DNA of 64,000 nucleotides from Wickerhamiella versatilis (taxonomy: Eukaryota), in the NCBI GenBank assembly GCA_030867685.1, contig JAQOWU010000007.1, positions 2,170,001 through 2,234,000 of the forward strand, given 5' to 3'. Each line of letters starts with the position of its first letter. Position 1 is the first letter of the stretch. The notes under the pieces were generated by a model that was not told the origin of the DNA, ran no database searches, and saw nothing but the letters and a program-made list of their open reading frames with translations. A program made the position numbers and the translations under genes. This document shows, piece by piece, positions 52,106 through 63,272 of the stretch.

Positions 52106-53740
52106 TTATGCTGCGAGCTCGCTGCGCCATTGAGCCCGGAGAGAACTTCTGGCAGCCATTGCCTCGCGCCACTCATCATCATCATCGTCGCTATCATCGA
52201 TGCCATCGCGATCTGCCACAATAGCTCGCATGGCGGTAGGCCGGTTCCATACCCGATTATTGGACGGTTCGTCATAAGAAACGGGCACTGGCATAGGATT
52301 TTGCACGGTATGGGATGGCACAGGAGGCTCCTTTTGTACTTGGGCCGATGGGGATGGTGATTCCACCGTTCTTAATGAAGGCGCGACTGATGGTGACAAT
52401 TGTCTTGTAGAGGTCGGCTGATAATTCATATTTTGCATCAAATAAGTTTGGGTTTCAATAAGCTGCTGTAACTTTGCCTGAATGTCCTGCATGACTGGAT
52501 CGCCGACCTTTGTATCTGGAAGAGGAGCCGACATGGTTTCGGATGGAACCATCGAGTGTCTCTTATTGACCACCCCATAGGATCCCCATGGCATAGACTG
52601 CCGCTTGAGCTTTGCCTCCTCCTCCCTTGTGATCTCCCCAATTAAACCCCTTCCAACTGGTTCTCGCTTACGGTCCCCGAAAACATCAGTGAAGCCTAGA
52701 GTGGATGCTGGGCGCTGCTGCCGGGATAACGTTACCGATCCAGCCTTCTTGGGGGTATCCATGGTTGTCTGTAAATCTATGCTTGACTTTGGGGACGGAC
52801 TGTGCGTGCGCTTCTTCTTTGTTGGAGACATCTTTTTAGGAAAGCCATGAGCCTGAAGAATGCTTAGGGGGATATCTTCCATAATATCGTCATCATCACT
52901 ACCATCATCGCTATCATTATCAGCATTTTTACCAGCACGATTACCAGACACAGCTGCTGCATGCGGGGCAGACTCCCCGATTAACCGGGTCATGCTTTGG
53001 CGATATATGCTCATTCGTGCCTCTTGTTGCTGCCGAAGTTTCGCAGCATGCCGTTTCTGCTCACGGGCATCAGAACTAACAGCTTCATCGTCATCAATGT
53101 CTCCGTCTCTACCTTCTCTATCCATCTCCTGCACCATTTTGCTATCATTTCTGATCAAACTACCATCTCGCATTATGAGAGATTTGCGGTAATTTTCAAA
53201 ATTTTCCTTAGACATTACAATACCTGTTGAAATCCGGGGGAGCCCTGACATGCGCTGACGTCCTTGAGATGCAGTGGCTTTTGTGGCCTCGAAAGGTAAC
53301 GTGTCTTCCTCCGGTTTTGATGGACCAAAGTGTACCTTTTGCTGGTGGGAGCTAGATTCCGGAGGAGGCTGGTATGATTTACGTACGAAGACAGAAGCCC
53401 TTTGGTGTTGGTTAGCGAATGTAAGCTCTTCTTCTTCGTTTTGATTGCCTTCCACAGGTGAATAGGGATCACTAAAGTCACGCTCCGGCAACATTGTAGA
53501 TGCTCTTGCTCTAGGTCTTCTCCAAGAAGATGTACCTGGTTCCAAATAAGAGTCAGCCCACGGATCCTCCTTCGAATATGACGCTGCTGCTGGTTTTACA
53601 TATGAGGAGCCTTCAGTAGGGCCGTCGAGCTTGGCATCTTGGAATTGCTCCGTTTGAAGCAAGGGGCTTACCTGAATGCTTTCATCGTCAGATTCATCCA
53701 TGGGATATCCCTCATCGATTCTTATATTCTCATATGACAT
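52106..53740 (-). CDS. Disordered fungal hypothetical protein
   Basis: 544-aa ORF with motif-like islands EDIPLSILQAHGFP, GLIGEITREEEAK and DDDDEWREAM. Confidence 0.7.
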   Translation of the reverse strand: MSYENIRIDEGYPMDESDDESIQVSPLLQTEQFQDAKLDGPTEGSSYVKPAAASYSKEDPWADSYLEPGTSSWRRPRARASTMLPERDFSDPYSPVEGNQNEEEELTFANQHQRASVFVRKSYQPPPESSSHQQKVHFGPSKPEEDTLPFEATKATASQGRQRMSGLPRISTGIVMSKENFENYRKSLIMRDGSLIRNDSKMVQEMDREGRDGDIDDDEAVSSDAREQKRHAAKLRQQQEARMSIYRQSMTRLIGESAPHAAAVSGNRAGKNADNDSDDGSDDDDIMEDIPLSILQAHGFPKKMSPTKKKRTHSPSPKSSIDLQTTMDTPKKAGSVTLSRQQRPASTLGFTDVFGDRKREPVGRGLIGEITREEEAKLKRQSMPWGSYGVVNKRHSMVPSETMSAPLPDTKVGDPVMQDIQAKLQQLIETQTYLMQNMNYQPTSTRQLSPSVAPSLRTVESPSPSAQVQKEPPVPSHTVQNPMPVPVSYDEPSNNRVWNRPTAMRAIVADRDGIDDSDDDDDEWREAMAARSSLRAQWRSELAA

Positions 53741-54152
53741 TTGATTTTGACTTGTTTACACCGAAAACCGATTAGTCATATGTATGATGTATTTATAGCG
53801 ACAGTTTCTATAAAATTAACAAGACCTACGACAGAGTGATTCAATCTTCGGATTTTCATTTTTTTCCCTTAAATTTCAGTATGTTTGATTATATTATTTC
53901 TCGTACTTAGTAACCGGCAAGTTATATAGCTTCAATTCAAGTTAGAGGACTTGAAACCAACCGTTATGCAGCATATATCAATTTCTAGACTGAACTAATG
54001 GCCTATGATTATTCCAATTATTTCTCAATAAGTTTCTGCAGCGGTCACCACGAATACTAGGGATAAATCTACCAGTATACAACTGTATATATATATATAA
54101 GTTTATACAACATTATCATATCACAAAATAAAGCGAGCATAAAACAAAATTT

Positions 54153-54521
54153 CTAGGCCTCATCAGCCCAGTCATAATCTTCATTCACAAATTTCCACGG
54201 TTCCTTGAAACTAGGTTGCGATTTTTCAGAGGGAGACGGCATGGATGGCCCACTAGGCACATCTTTCTCACGAGGTTTTCCAGCTCCTCGCCGCCTATGA
54301 TGACGCTTCTCATGACTACGCCTCTTGACCGTATCTCGCGAGGGTGGAGGGGTTGCTAAGGGTTTATCGTGTTCGTTGGGGACAACAGACCACTTAGAGT
54401 CCAGAAGTCCTCCACCCTTAGGTGCTTGTGTATCTTCTGAAAGGCTATCACCCGACCACTTTGATTCCAGTGGCTTTCCCCCAGGAATTACCACCGTCTT
54501 GGCCGGACTCTGCCCATCCAT
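54153..54521 (-). CDS. Small hypothetical protein, possibly Gfd1-like
   Basis: 122-aa ORF with repeated L[ED]SKWS and terminal DWADEA. Confidence 0.55.
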   Translation of the reverse strand: MDGQSPAKTVVIPGGKPLESKWSGDSLSEDTQAPKGGGLLDSKWSVVPNEHDKPLATPPPSRDTVKRRSHEKRHHRRRGAGKPREKDVPSGPSMPSPSEKSQPSFKEPWKFVNEDYDWADEA

Positions 54522-54573
54522 TCGATTATTAACAGACTTAATAAAAAAACCGATGTCTTAGATACGCATCAGC

Positions 54574-57504
54574 TTACAGCGCATAGGGACCCTTATCTCG
54601 GCTATTCACATTGCCCGTTGCACGTGGTATATTAGTTCGTTGTTTTCCTGCCTTTGTCTGGCTCGGCTGTGGAGCAGTATATGGCGTCTTCGTGGTTCCT
54701 GGTATATAAGGCCCTGTCTTAGCATTTCCTGGTGCCTGAGGTCCACTTGGAGCCCTGTAAGGCTGCGTATATGGACCACCAGTGACAGGCCCAGTTGGAA
54801 CCTGAGCATAAGGAGAATACCCCTGTGAATGGCCGTAGTAGGCAACCGGGTGAGCTTGAGGTTGGATCTGCTGGGGCTGATATGCCATCTGGTATGGTAT
54901 CTGATACGGACTCTGGTAAAACTGCTGCTGGGTGGCCATTTGGGGTGAGTGCTGATACATATTCATGGTTTCAAATTGCCCTTGAACTATTTCAGGTGTT
55001 ACTGAATCCTGTGAAGCAGGTGGGGGACCTTGGTAAGGACCTAGCGGCGGTGTGCCGTGATAAGGATTTCGTGGTGGAATGCCTTGGTAAGGACCTTGTG
55101 GTGGAGGCCCTTGATAAGGACCCTGTGGTGGAGGCCCTTGATAAGGACCTTGTGGGCCTGAAGGTACCCTGCCGCCTGTTGTCGCATATTGCCTATCCCT
55201 ATGCTCGGGCCTTACACGATCGGGCTTGAGCTGTGATTCTGTGCCTGCAGAACTTGGAGGGACCCTCGCAGAAGGACCAGTATCTCCTGGAACCGGCCTA
55301 GGTCCAATCGGTCTACCTTGCTTTGATGACGGTTCATTAAGGGGATCTAAAATGCCCTTTTGGTTCTGAGGCGGAGGCGTTGACAAGTTTGCACGTGGTA
55401 TGTTGGAAGCCAGTCTGCTCTGGGAATCATTGTGCGATACTTCCGAGTATACGGAGGAATTTAGAGACATCTGCGAGTCATCTGGTTGCGGGCGAGGGCC
55501 TGACGGCCGACGTTGGCCTTGCTGAGCATCACGCTGAGGATCGAGAAGCCCACCAGAAATGTTTCTTGGCGAACCAGGAGCCCTTGGGTATGGTCCAATC
55601 CGGGGTGCTGATACTTGGGTAGGCGAATCGTCGATTTTTTGATACTCATCAACCTGGTTCTGGGGATTAGTGTAATGGCGAACATAATCAGAATATTCTC
55701 CATAACTTATATGGCGAGGTTTATATCCCGGATCAAAAAGATTTTCAGATGACACCAAGCGTGAACTTGATGATTCCTTGGGCTCTTGAGATTCCTCAAG
55801 ATCGCTTTGTGACTCACCGGGAGCACTCTTAAAGCTTGAATAGCTTTCTCGGCGCAATTCACTATCTTCATTTTCTTCCAGATTGGGCGTGAGTAGCCCT
55901 GGGCCTTCAGGCACAATGAGCGCATTATCGTTGTGGCCTTGGGAGGCAGAGCGTTGGTGAATTTTAGGGGATGGTGAGTTAGGATTGCCTGCAGAGCTTG
56001 CGACGGGAGCCCGGGGGGCGGAGCGGAGAGGCCCTTGGAGTCTCGAAGGATCAGAGACAGCACGTGCACTACGTTCCTGTCCTGTGAATACCGGAGGTGC
56101 TAGTAATGAATTAGTCTTTGAGCTGTTACGCGAGGAGCTCGTCCGAGATGCATTACCACCATTAGCTACTGCATGGATGTTGCCGACACCTCGGAATCCC
56201 GTGGCCATCTTCCGGGCTAACATCTCCTTTATGTTGTGCATCCACTCGGCTTTATTCCATCTCTCTGATCCACTAATGCTTGTGAGTAAGTAAATATCGG
56301 ATACATCACAATAATAAGCCTTTGGTAATGTTGGCATGGCAAACAGCAGGGAATTAATGTCGTTCTTGTCAGCATTAAGTCTTTTAGGTCGTCCATACAA
56401 CCCAAATACGTCAAATAAAGGTATCAAAGTTCTAATCAAGGTCTCGAATCCTTGAATACCCCGATGCTGTTCCGGCATGATGAAGATCCCGCTTTCCCTC
56501 ACATCTTGCTCACCTCGGAACCTGATGTCTCCATCAATCTGAATTAATGTGCTTAGCTCCATAAGCACTGAACGCTCAGGGAAAACTGCATATGCAGCAT
56601 TTGCGCTTAAAACTGTGGCCAATGGCTCGCGTCCCTTTTTAAACGCCACCCGATCTTCATAAAACTCAAGGCGCCCATATCCAGCTTTTCGCTCATGCTT
56701 ATGCTTAAGCTGAGACGCTGGTAGAAGGACGCCATAAACAGTTTTCCAGGGCATACCCGCGCCAAATCGTACGGAAATCCATTCCTCTCGTTTGAACTTC
56801 GTCTCCCCGAGAAGTGCGCGAATACCATGCATTTTCGTACCTTTAGAAGATAAAAGGGCCCCCGTATATGCTTCCTGGAGGGCACTGCGCTCAAATATCG
56901 CTAGTCGCAGCGCAGCAGTCCACTCCTCAAAAGTCTTTCGCGACCCAATTTGAAGTAGCAATCGGTTTTTCATTGTAGTTGACAAGACAATGACATTCTC
57001 GAGTGAGCCATTAGAGGTTGAAAGGTTAGATAGAGATTTCATAGTTGCATCTTGAATATTATGGTACACCGGTTTTGGCGTTTGATTTCTATCGAGTGAC
57101 TCGGCATTCCACATCGTTAACTGTGTGCCTGAGAGTAATACATAACACTCATTCCATTGTCTGTCAGCGGCTGGTCGCCCTTCATTGTCAAGATCCGGCA
57201 TAACCATGAGGAAACCTTCTTTGTATATTCTTGCCGAGTGAGCCACAAGAAGAGACAGTACAGGTATCATTTCCATTGGTGTCTGTTCATTCTCAGTAGG
57301 CATATCTGGTTTTTCAAAGCCCCTTGATGGAAGCCTACGTGAGCCTGTCCCACCAGTCTTAGGCGCGTCTTGCACATCAGACACGTTTAAAGACACTGGT
57401 CTGTCAAGCTGCGCTCCAGCATCATCCCCAAGCGATTCAGAGGATCTCGAGGTTGACTTAGGAGAAAGTGGAGAGCGGAGCTTCGATAGCACACCTTTCG
57501 CCAT
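54574..57504 (-). CDS. CAF120: PH-domain protein of the Skg3/Caf120 family
   Basis: Y.EGFL, WNECYVLLSGTQL, STTMKNR, LQEAYTGALL, VRFGAGMPW, FDVFGLYGRPKRL; Pro/Gln-rich tail. Confidence 0.8.
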   Translation of the reverse strand: MAKGVLSKLRSPLSPKSTSRSSESLGDDAGAQLDRPVSLNVSDVQDAPKTGGTGSRRLPSRGFEKPDMPTENEQTPMEMIPVLSLLVAHSARIYKEGFLMVMPDLDNEGRPAADRQWNECYVLLSGTQLTMWNAESLDRNQTPKPVYHNIQDATMKSLSNLSTSNGSLENVIVLSTTMKNRLLLQIGSRKTFEEWTAALRLAIFERSALQEAYTGALLSSKGTKMHGIRALLGETKFKREEWISVRFGAGMPWKTVYGVLLPASQLKHKHERKAGYGRLEFYEDRVAFKKGREPLATVLSANAAYAVFPERSVLMELSTLIQIDGDIRFRGEQDVRESGIFIMPEQHRGIQGFETLIRTLIPLFDVFGLYGRPKRLNADKNDINSLLFAMPTLPKAYYCDVSDIYLLTSISGSERWNKAEWMHNIKEMLARKMATGFRGVGNIHAVANGGNASRTSSSRNSSKTNSLLAPPVFTGQERSARAVSDPSRLQGPLRSAPRAPVASSAGNPNSPSPKIHQRSASQGHNDNALIVPEGPGLLTPNLEENEDSELRRESYSSFKSAPGESQSDLEESQEPKESSSSRLVSSENLFDPGYKPRHISYGEYSDYVRHYTNPQNQVDEYQKIDDSPTQVSAPRIGPYPRAPGSPRNISGGLLDPQRDAQQGQRRPSGPRPQPDDSQMSLNSSVYSEVSHNDSQSRLASNIPRANLSTPPPQNQKGILDPLNEPSSKQGRPIGPRPVPGDTGPSARVPPSSAGTESQLKPDRVRPEHRDRQYATTGGRVPSGPQGPYQGPPPQGPYQGPPPQGPYQGIPPRNPYHGTPPLGPYQGPPPASQDSVTPEIVQGQFETMNMYQHSPQMATQQQFYQSPYQIPYQMAYQPQQIQPQAHPVAYYGHSQGYSPYAQVPTGPVTGGPYTQPYRAPSGPQAPGNAKTGPYIPGTTKTPYTAPQPSQTKAGKQRTNIPRATGNVNSRDKGPYAL
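55020..55155 (-). repeat. Imperfect 27-bp coding minisatellite (GPYQGPPPQ)n
   Basis: About five units, near-identical GGTGGAGGCCCTTGATAAGGACC copies. Confidence 0.85.
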
Positions 57505-57857
57505 GGGATGCCCTCACACCAACTGTTTTGGTAGATGACTAATCACGTGACTTATTTTAGATACGCCCCGGAAATAGTCAACAGTTCTTGTATAAAGCCG
57601 ATTAAATACAGTATCCCAGTTAAGAAAATTAATGCGATATCTTCCTCCAACTAATCGAAACATATATACGTTATCCGTAACGTGCGTGGTATGCACCAAG
57701 TAAGGCTATCATGCCATGGCGTATTACCATATCCAACCCGCCCACCCACACGGCACGCTGAGTTGGTGGAATTTACTCCAAGTTCTCTGCTAGCCTTTGC
57801 TGCTGCTGTTAACGGCACTTAAACTATAGGCGTTTTGCATCTTGCAAAAGGTCAGCC

Positions 57858-58130
57858 ATGAAGGTGAGCCCCCGTTATTCACCGGAGCCCCTGAAGCACG
57901 GCGTCGCCACAGGATTATGCATAATAGCTGCCACCTGGATTATTTCAGGTATGGCTCTAGTAGTCATACTGTACCCATCAACGGTAGCATCTCCAAGCGA
58001 CTACGAACGGGAGACTGGATGGCCCATGAGGGCGTATCTAGGTTTGTTGGCGTTCATGGCCCCAGTAATAATATGGCTTTGGGCCCTAGTTGCATGGATA
58101 GGCATGAAGTTCTTTCGTCACAGTACATAA
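57858..58130 (+). CDS. PIG-Y-like GPI-GlcNAc transferase subunit
   Basis: 90 aa, two TM helices, C-terminal WALVAWIGMKFFRHS typical of fungal PIG-Y-domain proteins. Confidence 0.7.
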   Translation: MKVSPRYSPEPLKHGVATGLCIIAATWIISGMALVVILYPSTVASPSDYERETGWPMRAYLGLLAFMAPVIIWLWALVAWIGMKFFRHST

Positions 58131-58995
58131 CGGCTAGATAAATATAAAAGCATACCAACCTTCCCCTGCAGGTTGGCACCTGTTGTCACCCTTTATACCA
58201 CTGCGCCTTTATCGAGTGGTGATGGACTGTTTTACAATAGCCTGGTACAGCTCTCAATTACAAGGAGCCTGCTGCTCATGTAATATGTACTAATGCCTAT
58301 TCTTAAAGTTCACATTGCGATAAGAAATGAAGTAAGTTGGTGTGAATTCAAGTTTTCACCTTTATGGCGGTAGCTAGGTTGTCCGGCGATTATCTCATAA
58401 TTATATACAAAAAGGCAATAAACAACAAAAGAAACAGAGCTGGCGATCAATTTCCAGATGAAAAATTACCAACTTCTAATTCAACCCTAAGTCCACGTCT
58501 CGATCCTTACGTTATGAGAACGACCTGACGTCGTGGATGCTCGCTTAGATTGTTAGGGTAGGGGTACATCGTCAGTTGACCGAGAGAACGTGAGAGAATG
58601 CTACTATCATTTTCGGCTAACGGCGGCTATTTCAGAAGGATTTAAACATTGAATGAAGTCAATCATCATATTAGTTTATTTTGGTAAAAAAATATGGCAT
58701 CAGCTGTGCTACCAGTCTAATACGATAAGCCACGTCAGTAACGTAAGTTAAGCGAGGTTGCTTCGAAAAGGGTCATTCGAAAAAACAGAGAAAATTAAGT
58801 TTCCTGAGGCGCTATTTTTCGACAGATAGGCTCGCATACCTAAACGTTATTTGTGTTGCAGTTTTTAGAGATTTTCGGCGTTTTTCACAGCAAGTGCCAA
58901 CCAATACGGGGTTTAGGGTCCCTAACCCATGTCTTTCCAGCGAAGGATATAATAAGCAGCGGGTTCGTGGCAAATCTTCATTACCAAAAGATAAT

Positions 58996-60078
58996 ATGGG
59001 TGTTCAAGAAGTTTTGCAACGTAAGACCGGTGTCATTGTCGGTGACGATGTCCGTCGTCTCTTTGACTACGCTCAGGCACACGAGTTTGCTATCCCTGCT
59101 GTCAACGTAACCTCGAGCTCAACCGTGATTGCTGTGCTTGAGGCAGCACGTGATGCCAAGAGCCCAATCATCCTCCAGTGCTCTTCTGGTGGCTCTGCAT
59201 ACTTTGCCGGTAAGGGTGTTGATAACACCAATGACTACGCTATGATCAAGGGCGCTATTGCTGCTGCCCACTTCATTCGTAGCATTGCTCCCGTCTACGA
59301 GATTCCTGTCGTCCTTCACAGTGACCACTGCGCCAAGAAGATCCTTAAATGGTTCGATGGTATGCTTGAAGCTGATGAGGCCTACTACAAGTTGCACGGC
59401 GAACCTCTTTTCTCTTCGCACATGATTGACTTGTCCGCTGAGACCAACGAGGTTAACATCTCTACGACACGTAAGTACTTCGAGCGCGCTGCGAAGATGA
59501 ACCAGTGGCTCGAAATGGAAATCGGTATCACAGGCGGTGAAGAAGATGGTGTTGACAATTCTGGTCATGACCAGAGCCGTCTTTACACCTCGCCTGAGAC
59601 TGTGTTCGAGGTCTACAAGGCGCTGGCGCCCATCAGCCCGAACTTCAGCATTGCTGCAGCGTTCGGTAATGTGCACGGTGTCTACAAGCCTGGTAACGTC
59701 AAGTTGCGCCCAGAGATCCTTGGTGAGCACCAGGAGTACGCCAAGAAGCAGCTCAACACTGACAACCGCCACCCATTGTACCTTGTGTTCCACGGTGGAT
59801 CTGGCTCTGCTGCATCTGAGTTCAAGACCGCTGTCAAGAACGGTGTTGTGAAGGTTAACGTAGACACAGACACCCAGTACGCATACCTCACCGGTGTCCG
59901 TGATTACGTTCTCAAGTACAAGGACTACTTGATGAAGCCAGTTGGCAACCCTGAGGGCCCTGATAAGCCGAACAAGAAGTATTACGACCCTCGTGTCTGG
60001 GTTAGAGAGGGTGAGAAGACCATGTCCGCTAAAATCACTGAGAACTTGGGTTTCTTCAACACCAAGGGACAATTGTAG
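58996..60078 (+). CDS. FBA1: Fructose-bisphosphate aldolase, class II
   Basis: FAIPAVNV, HSDHCAKK, SSHMIDLS, EMEIGITGGEEDG, FGNVHGVYKPG, FHGGSG; strong codon bias. Confidence 0.98.
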   Translation: MGVQEVLQRKTGVIVGDDVRRLFDYAQAHEFAIPAVNVTSSSTVIAVLEAARDAKSPIILQCSSGGSAYFAGKGVDNTNDYAMIKGAIAAAHFIRSIAPVYEIPVVLHSDHCAKKILKWFDGMLEADEAYYKLHGEPLFSSHMIDLSAETNEVNISTTRKYFERAAKMNQWLEMEIGITGGEEDGVDNSGHDQSRLYTSPETVFEVYKALAPISPNFSIAAAFGNVHGVYKPGNVKLRPEILGEHQEYAKKQLNTDNRHPLYLVFHGGSGSAASEFKTAVKNGVVKVNVDTDTQYAYLTGVRDYVLKYKDYLMKPVGNPEGPDKPNKKYYDPRVWVREGEKTMSAKITENLGFFNTKGQL

Positions 60079-60421
60079 AAATCTATGATATCTAGCTACT
60101 AGTAGTTCAATACTTTATTTAGATACCTACTTGGTTAATAAGGGTTCTAACTTTTCTATGCACCTAGAAACGGGGCATACGTACTAGTCTCAGGTATCTG
60201 AGCGGCCTGTGAAATAACTAGGTAAACTTTCCTGATGACGTGTGCAGATGGAGTGCTGCTAGCCATCATTATAGATACATAAGCTCGTCTCCAATGCTTA
60301 CGAAGTAAGAATTTATATCCTATGACATCACGTAGGACGCATATGTATAATTAAAAGCAAAACTTTAATTGAATGGTCCTACTACATTGTATGCAAACAC
60401 CCATAGTGCTGACAATTTAAC

Positions 60422-62797
60422 ATGATTGTTTTATCTCTGCTGTTTGGTGCTGCCACGGCGATGTGGTCCCATTCACATGTCGTAGGCATCTCTTGTGGTG
60501 AGGCTGCATCCGGCCTTATACCTGGGTGTGGCACAGAAGAATATGACTGTCTTTGCGGCTCTAGTCTCTACATCTATGCAGTTCAATCGTGTATCGGTCG
60601 TGAAACTGGGTACCAGTCGACTCAGATGGGGGAAGCTTACGACTCTTTTATTCGACAACAATGCTATCTTCACAATGCGTTTCCTAATGCGCTTGATGCT
60701 TTCAGTCCAGCAAATGTACAGAGTAATGTTACGGTGAGCCAATCCCTCTACGATAAGGCGTATATTGGTGAATACAACAACCTCCATCAGAAAGATCAGG
60801 CAGTCTGGCTTGGACTGGGACTCGTTTTTTATTGGGCAGCACTGATCGCCCTCGTGAGTGTTCGCCGACTGGCAATAAATATATCAATTAGACTTGTGCA
60901 CAACAGGAGTGTTATGCAGAAGCCATGTTACCCTCTTATTTGGTTCCAGCGTTACATTCTCATACCTGCATTATTCTCTGACCGCCATGTCGTAAGGTTC
61001 AAGATTTTCGGTGGATGGCTGCAATTTGGGTTTGCTACCCGTTTCGAAACAATTGTAGTACTGATATACTTGCTTTTGATGATCATATTTATGCTCACTC
61101 CGTACTCTTTGCACGACAACGATCCACTATTCCAATCAAAATGGAAGGAAATGATGCGCTATTCAAGCGATCGTGCGGGAATAATGGCAACAATACAAAT
61201 TCCCCTCTTCGTACTATTTGCCATGCGTAATAACGTTTTAATATGGCTGACTGGATGGTCCTATAGTAGCTTCAACGTATATCACCGAGCATTGGCTCGA
61301 ATATGCTACGGTTTACTCATTGTTCATGCTGTGACGAAGCATATATTCAGTGCCAGTTATCATGGCTCCCTTACAAAATATTATTATCCCGTACCGTATT
61401 TTCGATTTGGGGTTTCCGCGCTGGGGCTCATGTCTATAATGGTAGCCGTAGGCTCCATGCGCGGTAAATTTTATCGGGTGTTTTACTGGCTACATGTTTC
61501 TTGTGCTCTGGGTGCACTCATAATGTCAATTTTCCATCTTGTTGGGATCGGCTGGCAGGAACCTTTATGGATATGTCTCGCTGTGTGGATAACAGACCTC
61601 GTTCTAAGGTTTGGAAGAATACTACTTTTCAACTTTTGCTTTCTGCTTTCACCACTTCATGGCTCTCGATCTACGACTTTTGCCACAATGCGGGTGTTCA
61701 ACGAAGATACTGTATCTGTTCAAGTCACTCTTCCTGTCAGATGGAAGTATGAACCCGGGCAGTACGTTTATTTGCATACAAAATGGTGGCTGCTGCTTGG
61801 TGGTAATCCTTTTAGCGTCGTTGGAAAATCTGAAGAGGGTGAAGGGCTTGAACTATTATGCCGTGCTCGCGAGGGAGTAACCAAATCTTTGTGTAGAAAG
61901 CTAGTAGCCAGGGGTTGCGAGCCTAAATATCCGGTAACATTGCCTCTCTGGATAGAAGGACCTTATGGACAAGGTGCACCTGTTGAAAGATACGATGAAG
62001 GTCTTATTATAGCAGGTGGAATTGGTATCACAGGAGTATTAGGTTATGTTGAGAAAATGGCGCACTCCAGTAGGTACGGCGAAATACCTAAGCGTGTTAC
62101 TCTCGTATGGACAATCAGAAAAATGAACGACATAGATCCAGTAGTCTGGAGACTATCCAAGCTTAAGCAAATGCCTGGTGTTGAGATTTGCATCTACTGC
62201 AGATCTCCAAGGGAGCATGTTTGGTATACTGACCCCTTAAACCAGATCACAGGTGGATATAATGATCTGGAGTCACAAAATCCATCGAAGTTTTCTCATC
62301 ATATACCTGAATCGAACAACTATTCTCCCACCAGAAGAACTTCTGAAGATAGTACTGAGGTTAATCCATTTCATGACAGAAACATTAGTGAAATATATGT
62401 GTCGCAGCGCGAGATCCAGCAGAGGTTCCAGGAACCCCATTTTATACAGTCAGGACTCGCAGACCGTATGGTCGATCGCAACGGCAGCAGCGTGACCCTG
62501 CCAGAGCCTTTGGAGTTCACACAACTCGAAAAAGTGTTTGGGGGGTCATCTGAGACACCTAATTACATCCAACGTCTAGAAGCCGCCAAAAGTGAAATTT
62601 ACCCAATAGCCCGGGCAGGACGCGCCGACATACATTCATTGGTAAAGGACCATATCTACCACGCAGAAGGATCAATTGGAGTAATAGGATGCGGCCCAGA
62701 CAAGATGATGGATGCTTTAAATCAAGCGGTCTGCGCATACCTTGACGGTGCAGAACATGGGCGTGTTGACTACTATGAGGAAGCTTACACTTGGTAA
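60422..62797 (+). CDS. Ferric/cupric reductase (FRE family)
   Basis: Signal peptide, Cys-rich N-terminus, RNN...TGWSY..FNVYHR, heme-binding histidines, PGQYVYL, IEGPYG, AGGIGITG, CGP, EEAYTW. Confidence 0.93.
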   Translation: MIVLSLLFGAATAMWSHSHVVGISCGEAASGLIPGCGTEEYDCLCGSSLYIYAVQSCIGRETGYQSTQMGEAYDSFIRQQCYLHNAFPNALDAFSPANVQSNVTVSQSLYDKAYIGEYNNLHQKDQAVWLGLGLVFYWAALIALVSVRRLAINISIRLVHNRSVMQKPCYPLIWFQRYILIPALFSDRHVVRFKIFGGWLQFGFATRFETIVVLIYLLLMIIFMLTPYSLHDNDPLFQSKWKEMMRYSSDRAGIMATIQIPLFVLFAMRNNVLIWLTGWSYSSFNVYHRALARICYGLLIVHAVTKHIFSASYHGSLTKYYYPVPYFRFGVSALGLMSIMVAVGSMRGKFYRVFYWLHVSCALGALIMSIFHLVGIGWQEPLWICLAVWITDLVLRFGRILLFNFCFLLSPLHGSRSTTFATMRVFNEDTVSVQVTLPVRWKYEPGQYVYLHTKWWLLLGGNPFSVVGKSEEGEGLELLCRAREGVTKSLCRKLVARGCEPKYPVTLPLWIEGPYGQGAPVERYDEGLIIAGGIGITGVLGYVEKMAHSSRYGEIPKRVTLVWTIRKMNDIDPVVWRLSKLKQMPGVEICIYCRSPREHVWYTDPLNQITGGYNDLESQNPSKFSHHIPESNNYSPTRRTSEDSTEVNPFHDRNISEIYVSQREIQQRFQEPHFIQSGLADRMVDRNGSSVTLPEPLEFTQLEKVFGGSSETPNYIQRLEAAKSEIYPIARAGRADIHSLVKDHIYHAEGSIGVIGCGPDKMMDALNQAVCAYLDGAEHGRVDYYEEAYTW

Positions 62798-63272
62798 GAA
62801 CCCTAACACTTCAACCGCCAGTTTTATAAAGCCACTTTTTGTTTTTATTTTCTTTGGTAGCTTTTATGATACGAACCCTTGAGCATTTTTGATACTTTCC
62901 TTAGCTAGAGCCCATTCTTACGTATTGTTTTAGAGTCATAAATAGTCTGGAATGACTTGAATGTGCTCTATTTATAAGAATCTGAAAGTGGCAGAAACCT
63001 AAACAGCGCATCACCTGTAGTCACGACTATCTTCAAGAATTTATGTGTCTTAATTTTTTTTCACCAGTAACACCCATATTTCTATTACTATAAATGCATT
63101 TCTTAATTTCGTATGGCGAAATTCACCAATTAGAAGACCACAGAAATCTTTGTATTCTTGAACTTTCGGTGATCCAATACTTGGTTTATCCAGAGTCGCC
63201 AAGGATAATAAAAGCACACTATTTGTGATTAACAATTGTGCAACTGTATGCTCTGGAAGTGAATAATCGATG

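Noticed and set aside
59119-60072. 317-aa ORF antisense to FBA1
   Set aside because: Same codon-bias artefact; it lies entirely within FBA1.
16124-60078. Several sugar-metabolism genes (FGGY kinase, GUT1, AKR, RBK1, FBA1) as one cluster
   Set aside because: They are dispersed among unrelated housekeeping genes, which is compatible with chance.
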